Shown: positions 1 to 11,873, counted from the first letter of the stretch. The stretch: 64,000 nt of DNA from an uncultured candidate division Zixibacteria bacterium (GCA_963664195.1 OY760907.1:3488001-3552000), one strand, 5' to 3'. The notes: generated by a model from the sequence alone, not told the origin. Translations and numbers: made by a program.

Positions 1-2724
1 ACCGGACGAATCGGCGTCACCGTAGACCCGCAATCGAACACCGTCTACTCCATACACATTGACGGCAGTTCCCGCGATCTCATGGGACTCTACAAGAGCA
101 CAGACCTTGGCAATACCTGGACCCGTACCAACGATGGTGTGCTCGACGGCACATTCGGTGGTTTTGGATGGTATTTCGGACAGGTGCGAGTCGCGCCCGG
201 AAATCCGGACCTGGTATATTCGCTCGGAGTACAGCTTTATCGCAGCTCTGACGGCGGTAATTCGTGGGAAAACGTAACGTACGAATCTCATGTCGACCAC
301 CACGCGATGTGGATACACCCATACAACTCCGCCGTTGTCTACGGCGGCTGCGATGGCGGGGTTTATTTCAAGCAGAACAACGACCCCGCATGGAACGTCC
401 GCAAGAACATGCCCAATACCCAGTTCTACGCTATAACGGTCGACCCGAACAACGCTGACAAGATATACGGGGGGACGCAGGACAACGGTACCATGCGCAC
501 TCTCACGGGAAGCACTGACGACTGGACCGAGATTTACGGCGGCGACGGATTCTACTGCATAGTGGATCACACGAACTCTGACATCATGTACGCCGAGTCG
601 CAGTACGGCAATCTCAGCAAATCCACGGACGGCGGCTACAACTGGTACTGGGCGCAAAACGGCATCACGCCAAGCCCGGACGAGCCTCACGGCTGGAGCA
701 CGCCGGTTGTCATGGACCCGAACAACCATCTGGTACTCTACTACGGAACCGACCGCGTGTACCGAACTAGCGACGGTGCAGACCTCTGGACCGCAATCAG
801 CCCCAGCCTGTCGGCACGCTACCTGACAACAATTGGCGTCTCAGCCATCGACGACCAGGTTGTCTATGCCGGGTCGCGTGACGGCGCTGTGTGGGGCACA
901 ACCGACGGCGGCGCGAACTGGGACGATCTGACTGCCGGTCTTCCCGACCGCTGGGTCACCCGACTGACACCGGACCCGTTCACTGCCTCAAGAGTCTACG
1001 TCACGTTGTCGGGCTACATCACCGACGGTTCCTCACTTCCCCACGTTTTCCGGAGCGATGACTACGGGGCAACCTGGTCTGACATTTCCAGCAACCTCCC
1101 GGACGCACCGGTAAACGACCTTCTGGTCGATCCCATGGATGAGGCGTTCCTCTATGCCGGCACCGATGTCGGCGTTTTTGTCTCGCCGGACACAGGTGCC
1201 ACATGGGCATTGCTGGGGACCGGCATGCCCGTCACCTGCATCGCCGATCTGGAAATACATGAAAACACGCGCAAGATTGTGGCCGGCACCCACGGCCGAT
1301 CGATGTTTCAGGCCCGACTCGACTGCCCGGATACAACCGACTCGGATGGCGATGGAGTCGGAGACCTCTGCGACAATTGCCCCTTGCACGAGAATGCCGA
1401 CCAGGCAGATATTGACGGTGACAACATCGGTGATGCCTGCGACGACTGCGTCGACCCAGACAACGATGGCTACGGCTCACCCGGCTACCCGATGGCCACC
1501 TGCGACGAAGACAACTGCCCTGACACCTACAACCCGGGCCAGGCAGACTTCGACGGCGACGGTGAAGGTGACGCCTGCGAGGCTGCGGCAGCACCCGCTT
1601 CCGATACCATATCCAGTTCGTGCCTCAGTCTGCAAGTGAGCAACGACGGCAACGCTGCTGCGAAAGGCACGGCCAACATGACGCTGGACTACGCTCTCGA
1701 GGGTGACTGCGAATCGAAATATCTCTATGACGGGGGTCCGGTTGTTGTGCGCCGCCAGGGCACCGAATACGTGGCCGACTACAACATCTTCAACGCCGGC
1801 TCCTTTACACGGTCTGTCACGGGGACACCGATGACTCCCACCACGGATATGGGAGGCTACCAGATATTCAGCTCCGGCACGTTCATTACGGCCGACGGAC
1901 ACATCGCTCTCGAACAAACCTGGTACGCACCTCAAAATGCCGACAGCTGCCAGTTTATGATTACCGCGATCAAGGTCTATTCGTGGGCAGGTGTCACCGA
2001 TACGAATCTCTACATCGGCTTCCTGTGCGACTGGGACGTCCCGTCCGAGTATGAGTCTGACAACGAAGGCTACGTCGACGCAACCTACAAGTTGCTGTAT
2101 CAGCGTGGCATAGGAGTTGGGTGCGACAACAACACTTTCCGTTACGCGGGACTTGCCATGCTGGGTATCGCCTGGGGAGATAGTTGCATGTCTGGCGAAC
2201 AGCCGCACGGCGCGTACGTTGCGGACAATGCGCAGTACGTATATCCGACGGGCAGCCTGGTGCCGCAGGAGTTGTATAACAACATGTCGCAGACCGGATA
2301 CTCCGTGTTCGGAGAACAGTCGGACCTCCACTCAGTAATAACGGCGCTGGGCGATTACACGCTAACGCCGGATGACACTCTGACATTCTATATGGTGCTC
2401 AGCACCATTCGCTTTGGCGACGCGGATGACCTTGTCGACAACATTCTGAAGGCCAGGAAATGGGCCTCAAATCACATTATTGGCGGATGCAGTTGCTGCA
2501 CGGGACCTTCAGTTGGGAATGTCGACGGCTCGCCGGATAACAGAGTGACCATAGGTGACCTGACAGTGCTTATTGATCACTTGTTCATTTCGCTAGTCCC
2601 TCTGCAATGCGTTGACGAGGGTAATATCGATATGAGTCCGGACGGACAGGTGACGATGTCAGATCTGACGGTGTTGATCGACCACTTGTTCATCAGCCTG
2701 GATCCGCTCTCCCCCTGCCCGTAG
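1..2724 (+). CDS. 5'-truncated secreted BNR/Asp-box (VPS10/sortilin-like) beta-propeller protein with thrombospondin type-3 repeats and C-terminal dockerin-like tail
   Basis: Frame open from base 1 ([10 protein letters not shown]...); many SxDGGxxW Asp-boxes; DxDGDGVGDxCDNCP TSP3 repeats; 76-aa CC...CP tail. Confidence 0.85.
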   Translation, partial: TGRIGVTVDPQSNTVYSIHIDGSSRDLMGLYKSTDLGNTWTRTNDGVLDGTFGGFGWYFGQVRVAPGNPDLVYSLGVQLYRSSDGGNSWENVTYESHVDHHAMWIHPYNSAVVYGGCDGGVYFKQNNDPAWNVRKNMPNTQFYAITVDPNNADKIYGGTQDNGTMRTLTGSTDDWTEIYGGDGFYCIVDHTNSDIMYAESQYGNLSKSTDGGYNWYWAQNGITPSPDEPHGWSTPVVMDPNNHLVLYYGTDRVYRTSDGADLWTAISPSLSARYLTTIGVSAIDDQVVYAGSRDGAVWGTTDGGANWDDLTAGLPDRWVTRLTPDPFTASRVYVTLSGYITDGSSLPHVFRSDDYGATWSDISSNLPDAPVNDLLVDPMDEAFLYAGTDVGVFVSPDTGATWALLGTGMPVTCIADLEIHENTRKIVAGTHGRSMFQARLDCPDTTDSDGDGVGDLCDNCPLHENADQADIDGDNIGDACDDCVDPDNDGYGSPGYPMATCDEDNCPDTYNPGQADFDGDGEGDACEAAAAPASDTISSSCLSLQVSNDGNAAAKGTANMTLDYALEGDCESKYLYDGGPVVVRRQGTEYVADYNIFNAGSFTRSVTGTPMTPTTDMGGYQIFSSGTFITADGHIALEQTWYAPQNADSCQFMITAIKVYSWAGVTDTNLYIGFLCDWDVPSEYESDNEGYVDATYKLLYQRGIGVGCDNNTFRYAGLAMLGIAWGDSCMSGEQPHGAYVADNAQYVYPTGSLVPQELYNNMSQTGYSVFGEQSDLHSVITALGDYTLTPDDTLTFYMVLSTIRFGDADDLVDNILKARKWASNHIIGGCSCCTGPSVGNVDGSPDNRVTIGDLTVLIDHLFISLVPLQCVDEGNIDMSPDGQVTMSDLTVLIDHLFISLDPLSPCP

Positions 2725-2965
2725 ACATAAGAGACCCCTTCCCGGCTTCATGTGGCGCTGGGTGCCTCCACCCGGTGCCACTTCGTGGGGCGACACGTTG
2801 GCAGGAATCCGCGGCAGAGCCCCCGAACATCCCTCACCGCCACAACACCCCTTGCCAATATCGCCACAACGTGTATATTACTTGCGGAGAACGCACTTAT
2901 ACTTGCATCCGTTACTCCGATATAATTCTCATGGGAACGAACACGCCGAAAGGATAACCATAAAT

Positions 2966-4819
2966 ATGACCTCAATACCGATAACGACTTCTCCCGTGAT
3001 CCGGCTCACAATATCACTGTGTATTCTCCTGCTGGCCGGAACCGTATGGGCTGAAACCGAAAAAGCTCCGGAGGACTGGTGCGGTACGATGAAAGTCTAC
3101 GAGCAGAAACATTTGAAGCAGTTCGGGCGTGCCCCGGAAGACTGCCCCGTCAACGGCGACTGTGACTTCCCCGCCACTCGTGACGGTTGGATTCCCGACT
3201 CGCTGACGGCCCCCATGTACCTTCGAGCCGTCGTTCACATCTTCCGCGAAGACGACGGTCAGAACCCAACGACTACCGAAGAAGAGGTTTGGATCCAGAT
3301 CGCTGAATTGAACGCAGACTATGCGCAGGTGGGCATCCAGTTCGTGGTAACACTGGATTACATCAACTCCACCGAGTGGCGCAATCTGGAGGAGAGCGAA
3401 ATCGACGACATGAAAATCGCCACGGCGATCGCGCCGGACAGTTGCCTGAACGTCTGGATCCCCCACGTTGAATTCAATTACTCCTTCGGCACCTTCCCCT
3501 GGAGTTTCGACGCTAAGGAGGCCACCGGCGGAATCGTTATGGGTCAGTTTCATTGGGGCGCTCGGCCGAACAGCGTGTTCGCGCACGAGGTTGGACACTG
3601 TCTCGGCCTCTGGCACATGTTCCACGGAGTCGATGAAGTTGACCAGTGCGGCGATTGTTACGAATCGCCGGGGCTGTCACCTGACACCGGGGATATTGTC
3701 GGCGACTTCTGTTCTGACACTCCTCCGGGACCGCTCAACCGTTCTTGTTCAAACTCCTCTGGTGCCGATTCGTGCAGCGGACTGGACTGGGGATACACGA
3801 TGCCCGAAAACTACATGGGCTATGCCGAGGAACAATGTTTGACAACTTTCACTCCGCAACAACGCGGACGGATTCGCTGCTGGGTAAACTACCTCGATAC
3901 GTGGCTGCTCCCCTTCAAAGCAGAAGCAACCAACAACTTTGGACCGGCCCCGATCGAGGCTGATTTCGCCGTGACCAGCCACAAGTCGGTCACTTCGTGG
4001 CTCTGGGACTTTGGCGACAGTACAACCTCAACACAGGACACGGTCAGCCATGTTTTCACAGATCCCGGCTTCTATACAGTGACAATTGATGTCGAAACGC
4101 CGGATGAAACTTACCAGGGTGTCTATCCCGGTATGGTCGCAGCCTACGCCGACACGCTTAGTTTCGATGCTCCTGTGGTTGAAGCAGGCGAGCCGCTCAA
4201 GGTGGACATTCTCTGCCACAACTACCTGCCGTTGAAGGAGATCAACCTGCCATTCTCGTTCGGCGGTCCCTTCGGTCTGGTATACGACTCTTTCTCCACC
4301 GCCGGCCTTCGCACGGAATACTTCGACCTGCAAAATCAAGTTAACTACGACTACTTCAATAATCGCGCGGCCATCGCCTTGAATTGCTCAAACAGCGGCT
4401 CCCAGCCCTACCTTGAACCGGGCGCAGGGCCGGTCGTCAGCCTCTGGTTCACCGTACCGAGCGGCACTTTGAGCGGCGAGAATCCAATTGAACTGCTCTC
4501 CTACTCGGGCTTCGAACCGGAGTTGGTCACATACGCCGGATCATATCCACCGGCCACAATCGCGGGCAGTCTGGCCCCTGATCCGTCGTGCTGCACGGGC
4601 CCTTCCGTGGGCAATGTCGACGGTTCTCCTGACAATCTGATCACCATGGGCGACCTGTCTGCACTGATTGATCACGTGTTCATCAGTCTCGCACCGCTGG
4701 CGTGTCCCGTCGAGGCCAACGTCGACATGAGTGAGGACGGGCTCGCGTCGATGTCTGACATCACAACGCTGATTGACCATCTCTTCATTTCGTTTTCGCC
4801 GCTCCCTCCGTGTCCGTGA
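2966..4819 (+). CDS. Secreted M43 (pappalysin/ulilysin-like) zinc metalloprotease with PKD, cohesin-like and dockerin-like domains
   Basis: Signal peptide after ATG 2966 (track ORF starts 2750); WCGT cysteine switch, HEVGHCLGLWH, NYMGY Met-turn, WDFGD PKD motif. Confidence 0.88.
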   Translation: MTSIPITTSPVIRLTISLCILLLAGTVWAETEKAPEDWCGTMKVYEQKHLKQFGRAPEDCPVNGDCDFPATRDGWIPDSLTAPMYLRAVVHIFREDDGQNPTTTEEEVWIQIAELNADYAQVGIQFVVTLDYINSTEWRNLEESEIDDMKIATAIAPDSCLNVWIPHVEFNYSFGTFPWSFDAKEATGGIVMGQFHWGARPNSVFAHEVGHCLGLWHMFHGVDEVDQCGDCYESPGLSPDTGDIVGDFCSDTPPGPLNRSCSNSSGADSCSGLDWGYTMPENYMGYAEEQCLTTFTPQQRGRIRCWVNYLDTWLLPFKAEATNNFGPAPIEADFAVTSHKSVTSWLWDFGDSTTSTQDTVSHVFTDPGFYTVTIDVETPDETYQGVYPGMVAAYADTLSFDAPVVEAGEPLKVDILCHNYLPLKEINLPFSFGGPFGLVYDSFSTAGLRTEYFDLQNQVNYDYFNNRAAIALNCSNSGSQPYLEPGAGPVVSLWFTVPSGTLSGENPIELLSYSGFEPELVTYAGSYPPATIAGSLAPDPSCCTGPSVGNVDGSPDNLITMGDLSALIDHVFISLAPLACPVEANVDMSEDGLASMSDITTLIDHLFISFSPLPPCP

Positions 4820-4847
4820 CCCGATCGCAGGCTTTCTGTGTGAGTTC

Positions 4848-4880
4848 AGCCGCCGGCTCTTGTGTCGGCGGCTTCCATTT
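4848..4880 (+). terminator. Hairpin after first M43 gene, probable terminator
   Basis: agccgccggc / gtcggcggct stem followed by T-rich tract. Confidence 0.5.
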
Positions 4881-5179
4881 TGTATTAAATGGAGTCACAG
4901 AACCCATCTTTGTAAATCCGGAAGGACACTCGTCAAACACACACCAAAGCAACAGCTAACGTATTATAATAACACCGCATAGCGACGATCCTTAAAGCCC
5001 CGCACAACCTGACAAAGCGCTTATCAGGAATGTCTGGATGTCATAAATCTTCTTGCTAAAGCTAAATATAATACTATATTGGGAACGATTGTATACTGCG
5101 TACGGTTACCCCAACAGAAACTCTCGAGCGCACAGCGAGGGTTCGATAATCCTGCGACATTGAAAGAAAGGACCCGGAA

Positions 5180-7045
5180 ATGTCTCTGAGGACACCGACT
5201 ATACTTGTGAGAAACACCCTTCTTCTGGTTGTGTTTTCCCTATTGCTATCTTCTCTGCCTACTCTGACCCTTGCTGAGACTCCCGCCGGGGACTGGTGCT
5301 ATACGCAGGTCTTCTACGCTGAAAAAGTCGCCAACAACCCACTTCTCAGAGATCCTGAAGCCTGCTTCCAGTATAGCCTGTGCGACTACCCGGAAGAGCG
5401 TGATGATTGGGTCCCGGCAGTCGACAAGCCGATCACCTACATCCGCCTGTATTTCCATCTTTTCGCCAATGACGACGGGTCGAGCCCGGCTGCGACAGCC
5501 GACGATGTCGCAGAACAGGTCAACGCGCTCAACACCGATTATCTCCCGTATCGCATCCAGTTCGAGTACCTGGTGGATTCGGCCAATTCGACGCAATTCC
5601 GCTGGATTACTTCAACAAGTGAATTCGATCAGATGAAAAACGCCTACGCGATTTCACCCGACGAATATCTCAATATCTTTGTGGTCGATGTCAATATTAA
5701 CGGTTCTGTATACTCCTTTGCCACCTTCCCCTGGGACGGCGACGTCACTTCAAACACAGGCGGCATCGTCATGAACGACAGTCAGTTCTGGCCGCAAGAT
5801 GCCGGCACTCTGCCACACGAAATGGGTCATGCACTGGGACTCTGGCACACCCACCACGGTGTCTCGGAGGTCAGTCAGTGCGGCGCCTGCTACGAGTCCG
5901 TGGGAGCCTCTGACCGTGACTATACCGGCGACTTCTGCTCCGACACCGATCCAACCCCGACAAACTACGCGTGCAACGGTCCGGGGGGAACGGACCCGTG
6001 CTCGGGATCCGACTGGGGACCAACCGATCCGCAGAACTACATGGGCTACGCCCCGTCATTCTGCTATACAGAATTCTCAACTCAGCAGTCCGGCAGAATG
6101 CATTGCTGGATAAACGAAGAACTGCTCGGGTGGACCATCCCGCTGGCCATCAGCGGGACGAACACTTTCGGAGCTGCGCCGCTCACCGTTGATTTCGACG
6201 CCGCCACGCCGCGCACGGTCACTGACTGGGCGTGGAACTTTGGCGACGGCGGTGCTGCCGGCGTCCAGAGTCCCACCCACGACTATGCACCAGGCTATTA
6301 TAATGTGGGCCTCACCATCACAACTCCGCAAGGTCCTTTCTCCGAAGTCATCGAGGGTATGGTCTCCGCCTACGCCGACACCATGTGGATTGAGCAGGTT
6401 GAAGGCGAAGCTGGAGAAGTAGTGAAGGTTGATGTCTACGCGCAGCATTACCTCCCGCTCAAAGAGATCACGATACCTTTCGGTTTTGCCGGTCCTCTTG
6501 GCATCGTCTACGACTCCTTCTCCACCGCCGGAACGAGAACCGACTACTTCGATATCAAGAGTCAGGTGAACTATGACTTCTTCAACGACCGTGCCGCCGT
6601 GTATTTGAACTGCTCCAACAGTGGGACTCAGCCTTACCTCTCCCCCGGTAGCGGTCCGATAGCCAGCCTCTGGTTCACAATCCCCGGAGGAGCACCCAGC
6701 GGAGAGAATCCAATCAACTTGATCTCGTACAACGGCTTTGACCCGGAGTACACGAGCTATGCGGGCACCTATCAGCCCGTCGCCAACGATGGCTTTGTCC
6801 TCCTGGACCCCAGTTGTTGCACAGGCCCCTCGGTCGGCAACGTCGATGCCTCTCCTGACAACCAGGTGACCATGGGCGACCTCACGGTGTTGATCGATCA
6901 TTTGTTCATATCGCTCGAACCGCTGGCATGTGATGTCGAAGGCAACGTTGACGGAAGTCTCGACGGTCAGGTGACCATGGGTGACCTTACGATACTGATA
7001 GACCATCTCTTCATCAGCCTGTCGCCGCTGATGCCCTGTCCGTAG
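5180..7045 (+). CDS. Secreted M43 zinc metalloprotease, PKD + cohesin-like + dockerin-like
   Basis: Signal peptide; WCYT, HEMGHALGLWH, NYMGY, WNFGDG; shared tail. Confidence 0.88.
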   Translation: MSLRTPTILVRNTLLLVVFSLLLSSLPTLTLAETPAGDWCYTQVFYAEKVANNPLLRDPEACFQYSLCDYPEERDDWVPAVDKPITYIRLYFHLFANDDGSSPAATADDVAEQVNALNTDYLPYRIQFEYLVDSANSTQFRWITSTSEFDQMKNAYAISPDEYLNIFVVDVNINGSVYSFATFPWDGDVTSNTGGIVMNDSQFWPQDAGTLPHEMGHALGLWHTHHGVSEVSQCGACYESVGASDRDYTGDFCSDTDPTPTNYACNGPGGTDPCSGSDWGPTDPQNYMGYAPSFCYTEFSTQQSGRMHCWINEELLGWTIPLAISGTNTFGAAPLTVDFDAATPRTVTDWAWNFGDGGAAGVQSPTHDYAPGYYNVGLTITTPQGPFSEVIEGMVSAYADTMWIEQVEGEAGEVVKVDVYAQHYLPLKEITIPFGFAGPLGIVYDSFSTAGTRTDYFDIKSQVNYDFFNDRAAVYLNCSNSGTQPYLSPGSGPIASLWFTIPGGAPSGENPINLISYNGFDPEYTSYAGTYQPVANDGFVLLDPSCCTGPSVGNVDASPDNQVTMGDLTVLIDHLFISLEPLACDVEGNVDGSLDGQVTMGDLTILIDHLFISLSPLMPCP

Positions 7046-7097
7046 ACAGGGATCTAGGCGGCAGCCGGCATTGCTATAGGATAACAGGGAGTGTTAT

Positions 7098-8966
7098 ATG
7101 AACATAATTGGACACAGAAACCATACTTTACGGGCCGCCTTACTCATCGTTGCCATTGCAGTGATGATTCCCTCCTCGGGACAGACCCAGGAATCAATCG
7201 CTTACGGCAAGAGCGGCGAGAACTGGTGCGGAACCGACATCCGTTGGAAGGAAAAGATCGCAATTGATCCGCTGGCGTCGCCCGAAGCCTGCAGTCAGTA
7301 CGGCATTTGCGACGACCCGTCGTATCGAGGCCTGTGGATCCCGGACGGGGAAACGCCTTTGGTGAATGTCCGCCTCGTCGTACATCTCCTGAGAAACGAT
7401 GATGGCTCCAACGCGATCTCTTCAGATGCCACCGCACTTTCTCAAATCGACAATCTGAATTACGACTATGCGGCGGCCGGCATTCAGTTTGTCCCCACTA
7501 TTAATCACGTCAACTCGACCGCGTGGCGCACGCTGTCAGAAAACGAAATCAACGCCATGAAGAACGCGACCGCTATTCAGCCGGATTCGCAGCTTAACAT
7601 GTGGGTTACACAGGTTGATTTCGGTTATTCGTTTGGCACGTTTCCGTGGGATAACGACGCCCTCGGCAACACGGGCGGAATTGTGGTTGGGAGCTTCCAC
7701 TGGACCGGCAGCGGCAATTCAGTCGTTGCTCACGAGGTCGGCCACTGCCTCGGCCTGATGCATACGTTCAACGGTGTGACCGAGGTCACGGAATGTGGTC
7801 CCTGCTATGAATACGTCGGCGCTCCAGATGCCGACCTTCTCGGCGATCGCTGCGATGATACTCCTCCTGGCCCGATTTATTATAATTGTGGCAACACGGG
7901 CGGCACCGACGCATGTAGCGGGGAACCCTGGGGGTACACGATGCCCGAAAACTACATGAGTTACGCCCCCCAGTGGTGCTATGACACGTTTACGCCAAAA
8001 CAACAGGGGCGGATGCGCTGTTGGCTGGACGACCACCTGTCGTCCTGGATCGAGGGTGTCAAGTTCACAGCAACAAACACATTCGGGTCAGCTCCCCTTG
8101 AAGTAATGTTCGAGGCTACTGCAACTCGTGCGGTCAGTTCGTGGTCCTGGGATTTCGGTGATGGCACCGGCTCTGGCATGCAGTCGCCCGATCATACGTA
8201 TTCCGAACCCGGCCTTTACTCGGTATCGGTTACGGCGGAAACAGACGGCGGGCCGTACACGTCGCTGCAGCCCGAATTGGTCGCGGTTCACGGTGACACT
8301 ATGCGGGTAGATTCTGTCCAGTACGTCCAGGGTGAGCCGCTGACTGTTGAGATTCTCGTCGATAACTTCATCTCTGTCCAGGAGATATTGATCCCCTTTG
8401 GTTGGGCGGGACCGTACGATCTGACCTTTGACTCGGCTACCACCGCAGGATTGCGGACCGAGAACTTCAGTTATCACACCCTGCTCAACTACGACTTCTT
8501 TAACGACCGCGCCACGATCCTCCTGCGCTCAACCGGGTCTGGCGTTGATCCTTTACTCGCGCCCGGCTCAGGCCCCGTGCTGGCGCTTCACTTCACAGCC
8601 AACGAGGTTTCGTCAGGGATCAACCCCATCTCCTTTGCAAGCTACAACGGCAACGAACCCGGCTTCGTTGCCCCGGGCGGAGCGTATGTCCCCACACTCT
8701 ACAATGGCGCCATTACGTTCCAGCCACAGGCCGGCTGCTGTGATGGACCGTCCGTGGGAAATGTAGATGGCTCGCCAGACAATATTGTGACGATGGGCGA
8801 CTTGACGGTCCTGATCGACCACCTGTTCATCAGCCTGTCCCCTCTTCTGTGCACAGACGAGGGCAATGTCGACATGACTCCCGACGGTCTCGTGACGATG
8901 GGTGACTTGAGCGTACTGATTGACCACTTGTTCATCAGCCTCGATCCGCTTTCTCCCTGTCCGTAA
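7098..8966 (+). CDS. Secreted M43 zinc metalloprotease, PKD + cohesin-like + dockerin-like
   Basis: GGGAG RBS; WCGT, HEVGHCLGLMH, NYMSY, WDFGDG; shared tail. Confidence 0.88.
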   Translation: MNIIGHRNHTLRAALLIVAIAVMIPSSGQTQESIAYGKSGENWCGTDIRWKEKIAIDPLASPEACSQYGICDDPSYRGLWIPDGETPLVNVRLVVHLLRNDDGSNAISSDATALSQIDNLNYDYAAAGIQFVPTINHVNSTAWRTLSENEINAMKNATAIQPDSQLNMWVTQVDFGYSFGTFPWDNDALGNTGGIVVGSFHWTGSGNSVVAHEVGHCLGLMHTFNGVTEVTECGPCYEYVGAPDADLLGDRCDDTPPGPIYYNCGNTGGTDACSGEPWGYTMPENYMSYAPQWCYDTFTPKQQGRMRCWLDDHLSSWIEGVKFTATNTFGSAPLEVMFEATATRAVSSWSWDFGDGTGSGMQSPDHTYSEPGLYSVSVTAETDGGPYTSLQPELVAVHGDTMRVDSVQYVQGEPLTVEILVDNFISVQEILIPFGWAGPYDLTFDSATTAGLRTENFSYHTLLNYDFFNDRATILLRSTGSGVDPLLAPGSGPVLALHFTANEVSSGINPISFASYNGNEPGFVAPGGAYVPTLYNGAITFQPQAGCCDGPSVGNVDGSPDNIVTMGDLTVLIDHLFISLSPLLCTDEGNVDMTPDGLVTMGDLSVLIDHLFISLDPLSPCP

Positions 8967-8996
8967 GCGGCGCCACGACAATGCCGAATACTCAGC

Positions 8997-9034
8997 GGGC
9001 CGCAGTCACTCAGGTGATTGCGGCTCTTTTGTTT
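8997..9034 (+). terminator. Intrinsic terminator after third M43 gene
   Basis: gggccgcagtcac / gtgattgcggctc stem + ttttgttt. Confidence 0.7.
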
Positions 9035-9232
9035 CACCTCGTGATATCCCGGTTAATCGAGCCACTATTCCAATTATGATCTTGACCCATTGTGACAAAC
9101 ACTTTATATTGTCCTTATCATCACGAGACATCTTACCAGACACATATTCAACCATAAGGTACTTGTTATAGTCCTATCGCCAACGTGAATCGTCCGTACT
9201 GGTAACCTCACATTCTAATCGGGAGAAGCCCT

Positions 9233-11401
9233 ATGATTCTCTTCAGGTTGTTCTTCACGTTGTCCGTACTCTTGCTCACGTCACTGTCGGTCTTGACGCC
9301 GGCACCTGTCTTCTCGCAGGACAGGGTAGAGTACTTGAGCAGTTGTCTCTGGTCCGATTTCGATCTGTACGACGTCCGGGTTGACGGCGACTTTGCATTC
9401 GCTGCCTGCTACGAAGGACTGATGGTCTTCGATTTGCACGACCCTGCGAACCCGGAGCCATTGTCATTGGTCCCCTTACCTCGTCGTCCCCTGTCACTCC
9501 GCCTTCACGACGGCAACGCTTTCTTAGCGGTGCAGTCCGGCAGCTTACAGATTGTAGACATCTCCGACCCCACAGCGCTCTCAATTGCCGGGAGTTATGA
9601 AATCGGAAGCCCGGCAGTGGACCTTCACATAGCAGACGGGATTGCGTACATTTCGGCCATAAACGACGAGCGGGTCGTTCTTATGAACATCGAGGACCCG
9701 TCGAATCCTGTGTGGATCAGTAACTACTTCTGTTCCGACATCGGCAGTCCGACTGGCATGGACCTCTCAGACGGGTTGCTGTACGTTGCAAAGGACGGAT
9801 GGTCCGAGTATCCAGGCGGTCTTGAGATCGTCGACGTGAGCAATCCCGCGGCTCCATTCCTGGTCAGCACGTATGACTCCGCAATTGTCGGCTACAGCGT
9901 CACTTCCGCCTTTGTGAGAGACAGTATCGTTTTCATAGGCGGAGACTACTTGTCTCTGGGCGTTGTGAATGCCGCAAACCCCGCCGCACCGACGCAAGTA
10001 GACAATTTCCAGCCTTTCCCAAGTCCGGCGTGGCACCACCACCTCTTCGTCGACGATGACCACGCTTACGCCACTGCCGATTTCTGGACCTCCGGCTATG
10101 ACACGAGTCTATACGTGTTGAACATCTCAGACGCAGCCAACCCGTTCGTCGAGGGTCGCTTCGCAACACGGGGGCCATCCGTCCGTGCCTGCGCGGAAGA
10201 CACGATAGTGTTTCTCTGTAACACCGTCAGCACCTACGGACCGCCGTCACGGAAGGGCTTGCAGATTGTCAACGTCGCCGATCCCACGCATCCGACGGAG
10301 ATCGGCCATTACGACATTCCAGCAAGTCTGTCGAAAGACGTTTTCGTCAACGGCAGAACAGCCTTCGTGAGCAGCACAGGAGACAGCGTCGGCGCCTTCG
10401 ACATTGTCGATTTCAGCGATCGGAGCCGTCCGATACACGTTGGGTCGTACAGGGCACCACATGGAACGGTGGATTCCTACGTATCGAACGATCACGCTTT
10501 CCTTGCTGCTGGAGATTCCGGGCTGTTGATCCTGGACATCTCTGATCCATCGCTGCCCATACTAGCGGGTAGTTTCAGCACGGGAGGCAACGTTGCCAGC
10601 GTAGCCGTCGCCGATGACCGGGCCTGCATCACGGATGTCGATAGCGGATTCTACGTACTGGACGTGGGGAATCCCTCCAGTCCCAAAGAGATCGGCCGGG
10701 CCGACTCGGCAAGCTACGCCCGGGACGTTGCCATTAGAGATTCACTGGCCTTCGTGCTGGACAATTGGCGTTTGGAAGTCTATTCGATCATCGGACCGGC
10801 AGCACCTCAACTCGTCGGTTGGTGCACCACCCTTCGAAACGCCACTCGCCTCTGTCTGCACGACGACTTCGCGTTCACGACTGACGGTGATCTGCAGATA
10901 TACAACATAAGTGATCCTGCCAACATGGCTCTCGTCGGGACTTACGTGACGCCGGGCACCGCTTCCGGCGTAGCGGTTCAAGACACCCTGGCGTTCGTCG
11001 CCGACGGAAGCTCACAGATTCTTGTCTTCAACATCAGCGACCCGACCGCGCCTGCACTCATAGATTCCTGCGAAACCCCGGACAATACGCAGGACATCGC
11101 AATCCAGGGAAACACCATTCTTGTGGCCGACCTCACCAGTCTCCTGCTTCTGACCACGGACTATCTCGGTTGTTGCACGGGAATGTCAGTGGGCAATGTC
11201 GACGGCTCGGCAGACGATTTGGTGACGATGAGCGACTTAACGGTCTTGATCGACCACCTCTTTATTGGACTCACCCCACTTGAATGCACGGGCGAAGGCA
11301 ATATTGATATGAGTCCCGACGGTCTCGTGACGATGGGGGATCTGACTGTTCTGATTGATCACTTGTTCATCAGCCTCGATCCACTCCCGTCCTGTCCCTA
11401 G
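9233..11401 (+). CDS. Secreted LVIVD-repeat beta-propeller protein with dockerin-like tail
   Basis: Signal peptide; repeated GLxIVDISDPxxP units; shared tail. Confidence 0.85.
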   Translation: MILFRLFFTLSVLLLTSLSVLTPAPVFSQDRVEYLSSCLWSDFDLYDVRVDGDFAFAACYEGLMVFDLHDPANPEPLSLVPLPRRPLSLRLHDGNAFLAVQSGSLQIVDISDPTALSIAGSYEIGSPAVDLHIADGIAYISAINDERVVLMNIEDPSNPVWISNYFCSDIGSPTGMDLSDGLLYVAKDGWSEYPGGLEIVDVSNPAAPFLVSTYDSAIVGYSVTSAFVRDSIVFIGGDYLSLGVVNAANPAAPTQVDNFQPFPSPAWHHHLFVDDDHAYATADFWTSGYDTSLYVLNISDAANPFVEGRFATRGPSVRACAEDTIVFLCNTVSTYGPPSRKGLQIVNVADPTHPTEIGHYDIPASLSKDVFVNGRTAFVSSTGDSVGAFDIVDFSDRSRPIHVGSYRAPHGTVDSYVSNDHAFLAAGDSGLLILDISDPSLPILAGSFSTGGNVASVAVADDRACITDVDSGFYVLDVGNPSSPKEIGRADSASYARDVAIRDSLAFVLDNWRLEVYSIIGPAAPQLVGWCTTLRNATRLCLHDDFAFTTDGDLQIYNISDPANMALVGTYVTPGTASGVAVQDTLAFVADGSSQILVFNISDPTAPALIDSCETPDNTQDIAIQGNTILVADLTSLLLLTTDYLGCCTGMSVGNVDGSADDLVTMSDLTVLIDHLFIGLTPLECTGEGNIDMSPDGLVTMGDLTVLIDHLFISLDPLPSCP

Positions 11402-11418
11402 GCGGTCAGCAGACAACG

Positions 11419-11451
11419 ACGGCCCATCCGTGCGATGGGCCGTTTTCTCTT
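11419..11451 (+). terminator. Intrinsic terminator after LVIVD gene
   Basis: acggcccatc / gatgggccgt stem + tttctctt. Confidence 0.7.
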
Positions 11452-11531
11452 GCGCGGAATGAGCCAGGAGGTGTAGGCTTCCCCCCAATTCCCCTCTTGC
11501 TTCCTCCGCCAAACAAGATATATTACGCCGT

Positions 11532-11873
11532 ATGCCGTCAGTATTCACCCGAATCATCAAGCGCGAGATCCCGGCCAAAATCTTCCACGAGACCAAGGAT
11601 GTCATCGTGATTGCCGACCATCGGCCCAGAAAACCGGTCCATCTGCTCATCATACATAAGGAAGAGTACCAGAATTTCCAGGAAACCCCGCCTGAGATCA
11701 TGTCCGTCTTGTGCGAAACAGCCAAGGAAGTCGCCAACAAACTTGGCATCCCGGATCACTACCAAATCGCCATAAACAACGGCTACGGGCAGGAAATCGA
11801 CCATATTCACCTGCATTTCCTGTCAAATCGGGGGATTGACAAACTCGTTTTCGAGTCAGAAGAAGTCGAATAA
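11532..11873 (+). CDS. HIT (histidine triad) family protein
   Basis: FTRIIKREIPA N-terminus, GQEIDHIHLH triad. Confidence 0.92.
   Translation: MPSVFTRIIKREIPAKIFHETKDVIVIADHRPRKPVHLLIIHKEEYQNFQETPPEIMSVLCETAKEVANKLGIPDHYQIAINNGYGQEIDHIHLHFLSNRGIDKLVFESEEVE

Noticed and set aside
2750..2965. N-terminal extension of first M43 ORF (similar cases at 13410, 42465, 53716, 56943)
   Set aside because: Extensions cross palindromes, terminators or promoters; downstream starts have a better RBS and/or signal peptide
6077..7006. 309-aa minus-strand ORF
   Set aside because: Antisense shadow of an M43 gene
2494..11401. Diversity-generating retroelement template/variable repeats among the tail copies
   Set aside because: Differences are mostly synonymous and not adenine-specific; all copies are coding; no reverse transcriptase
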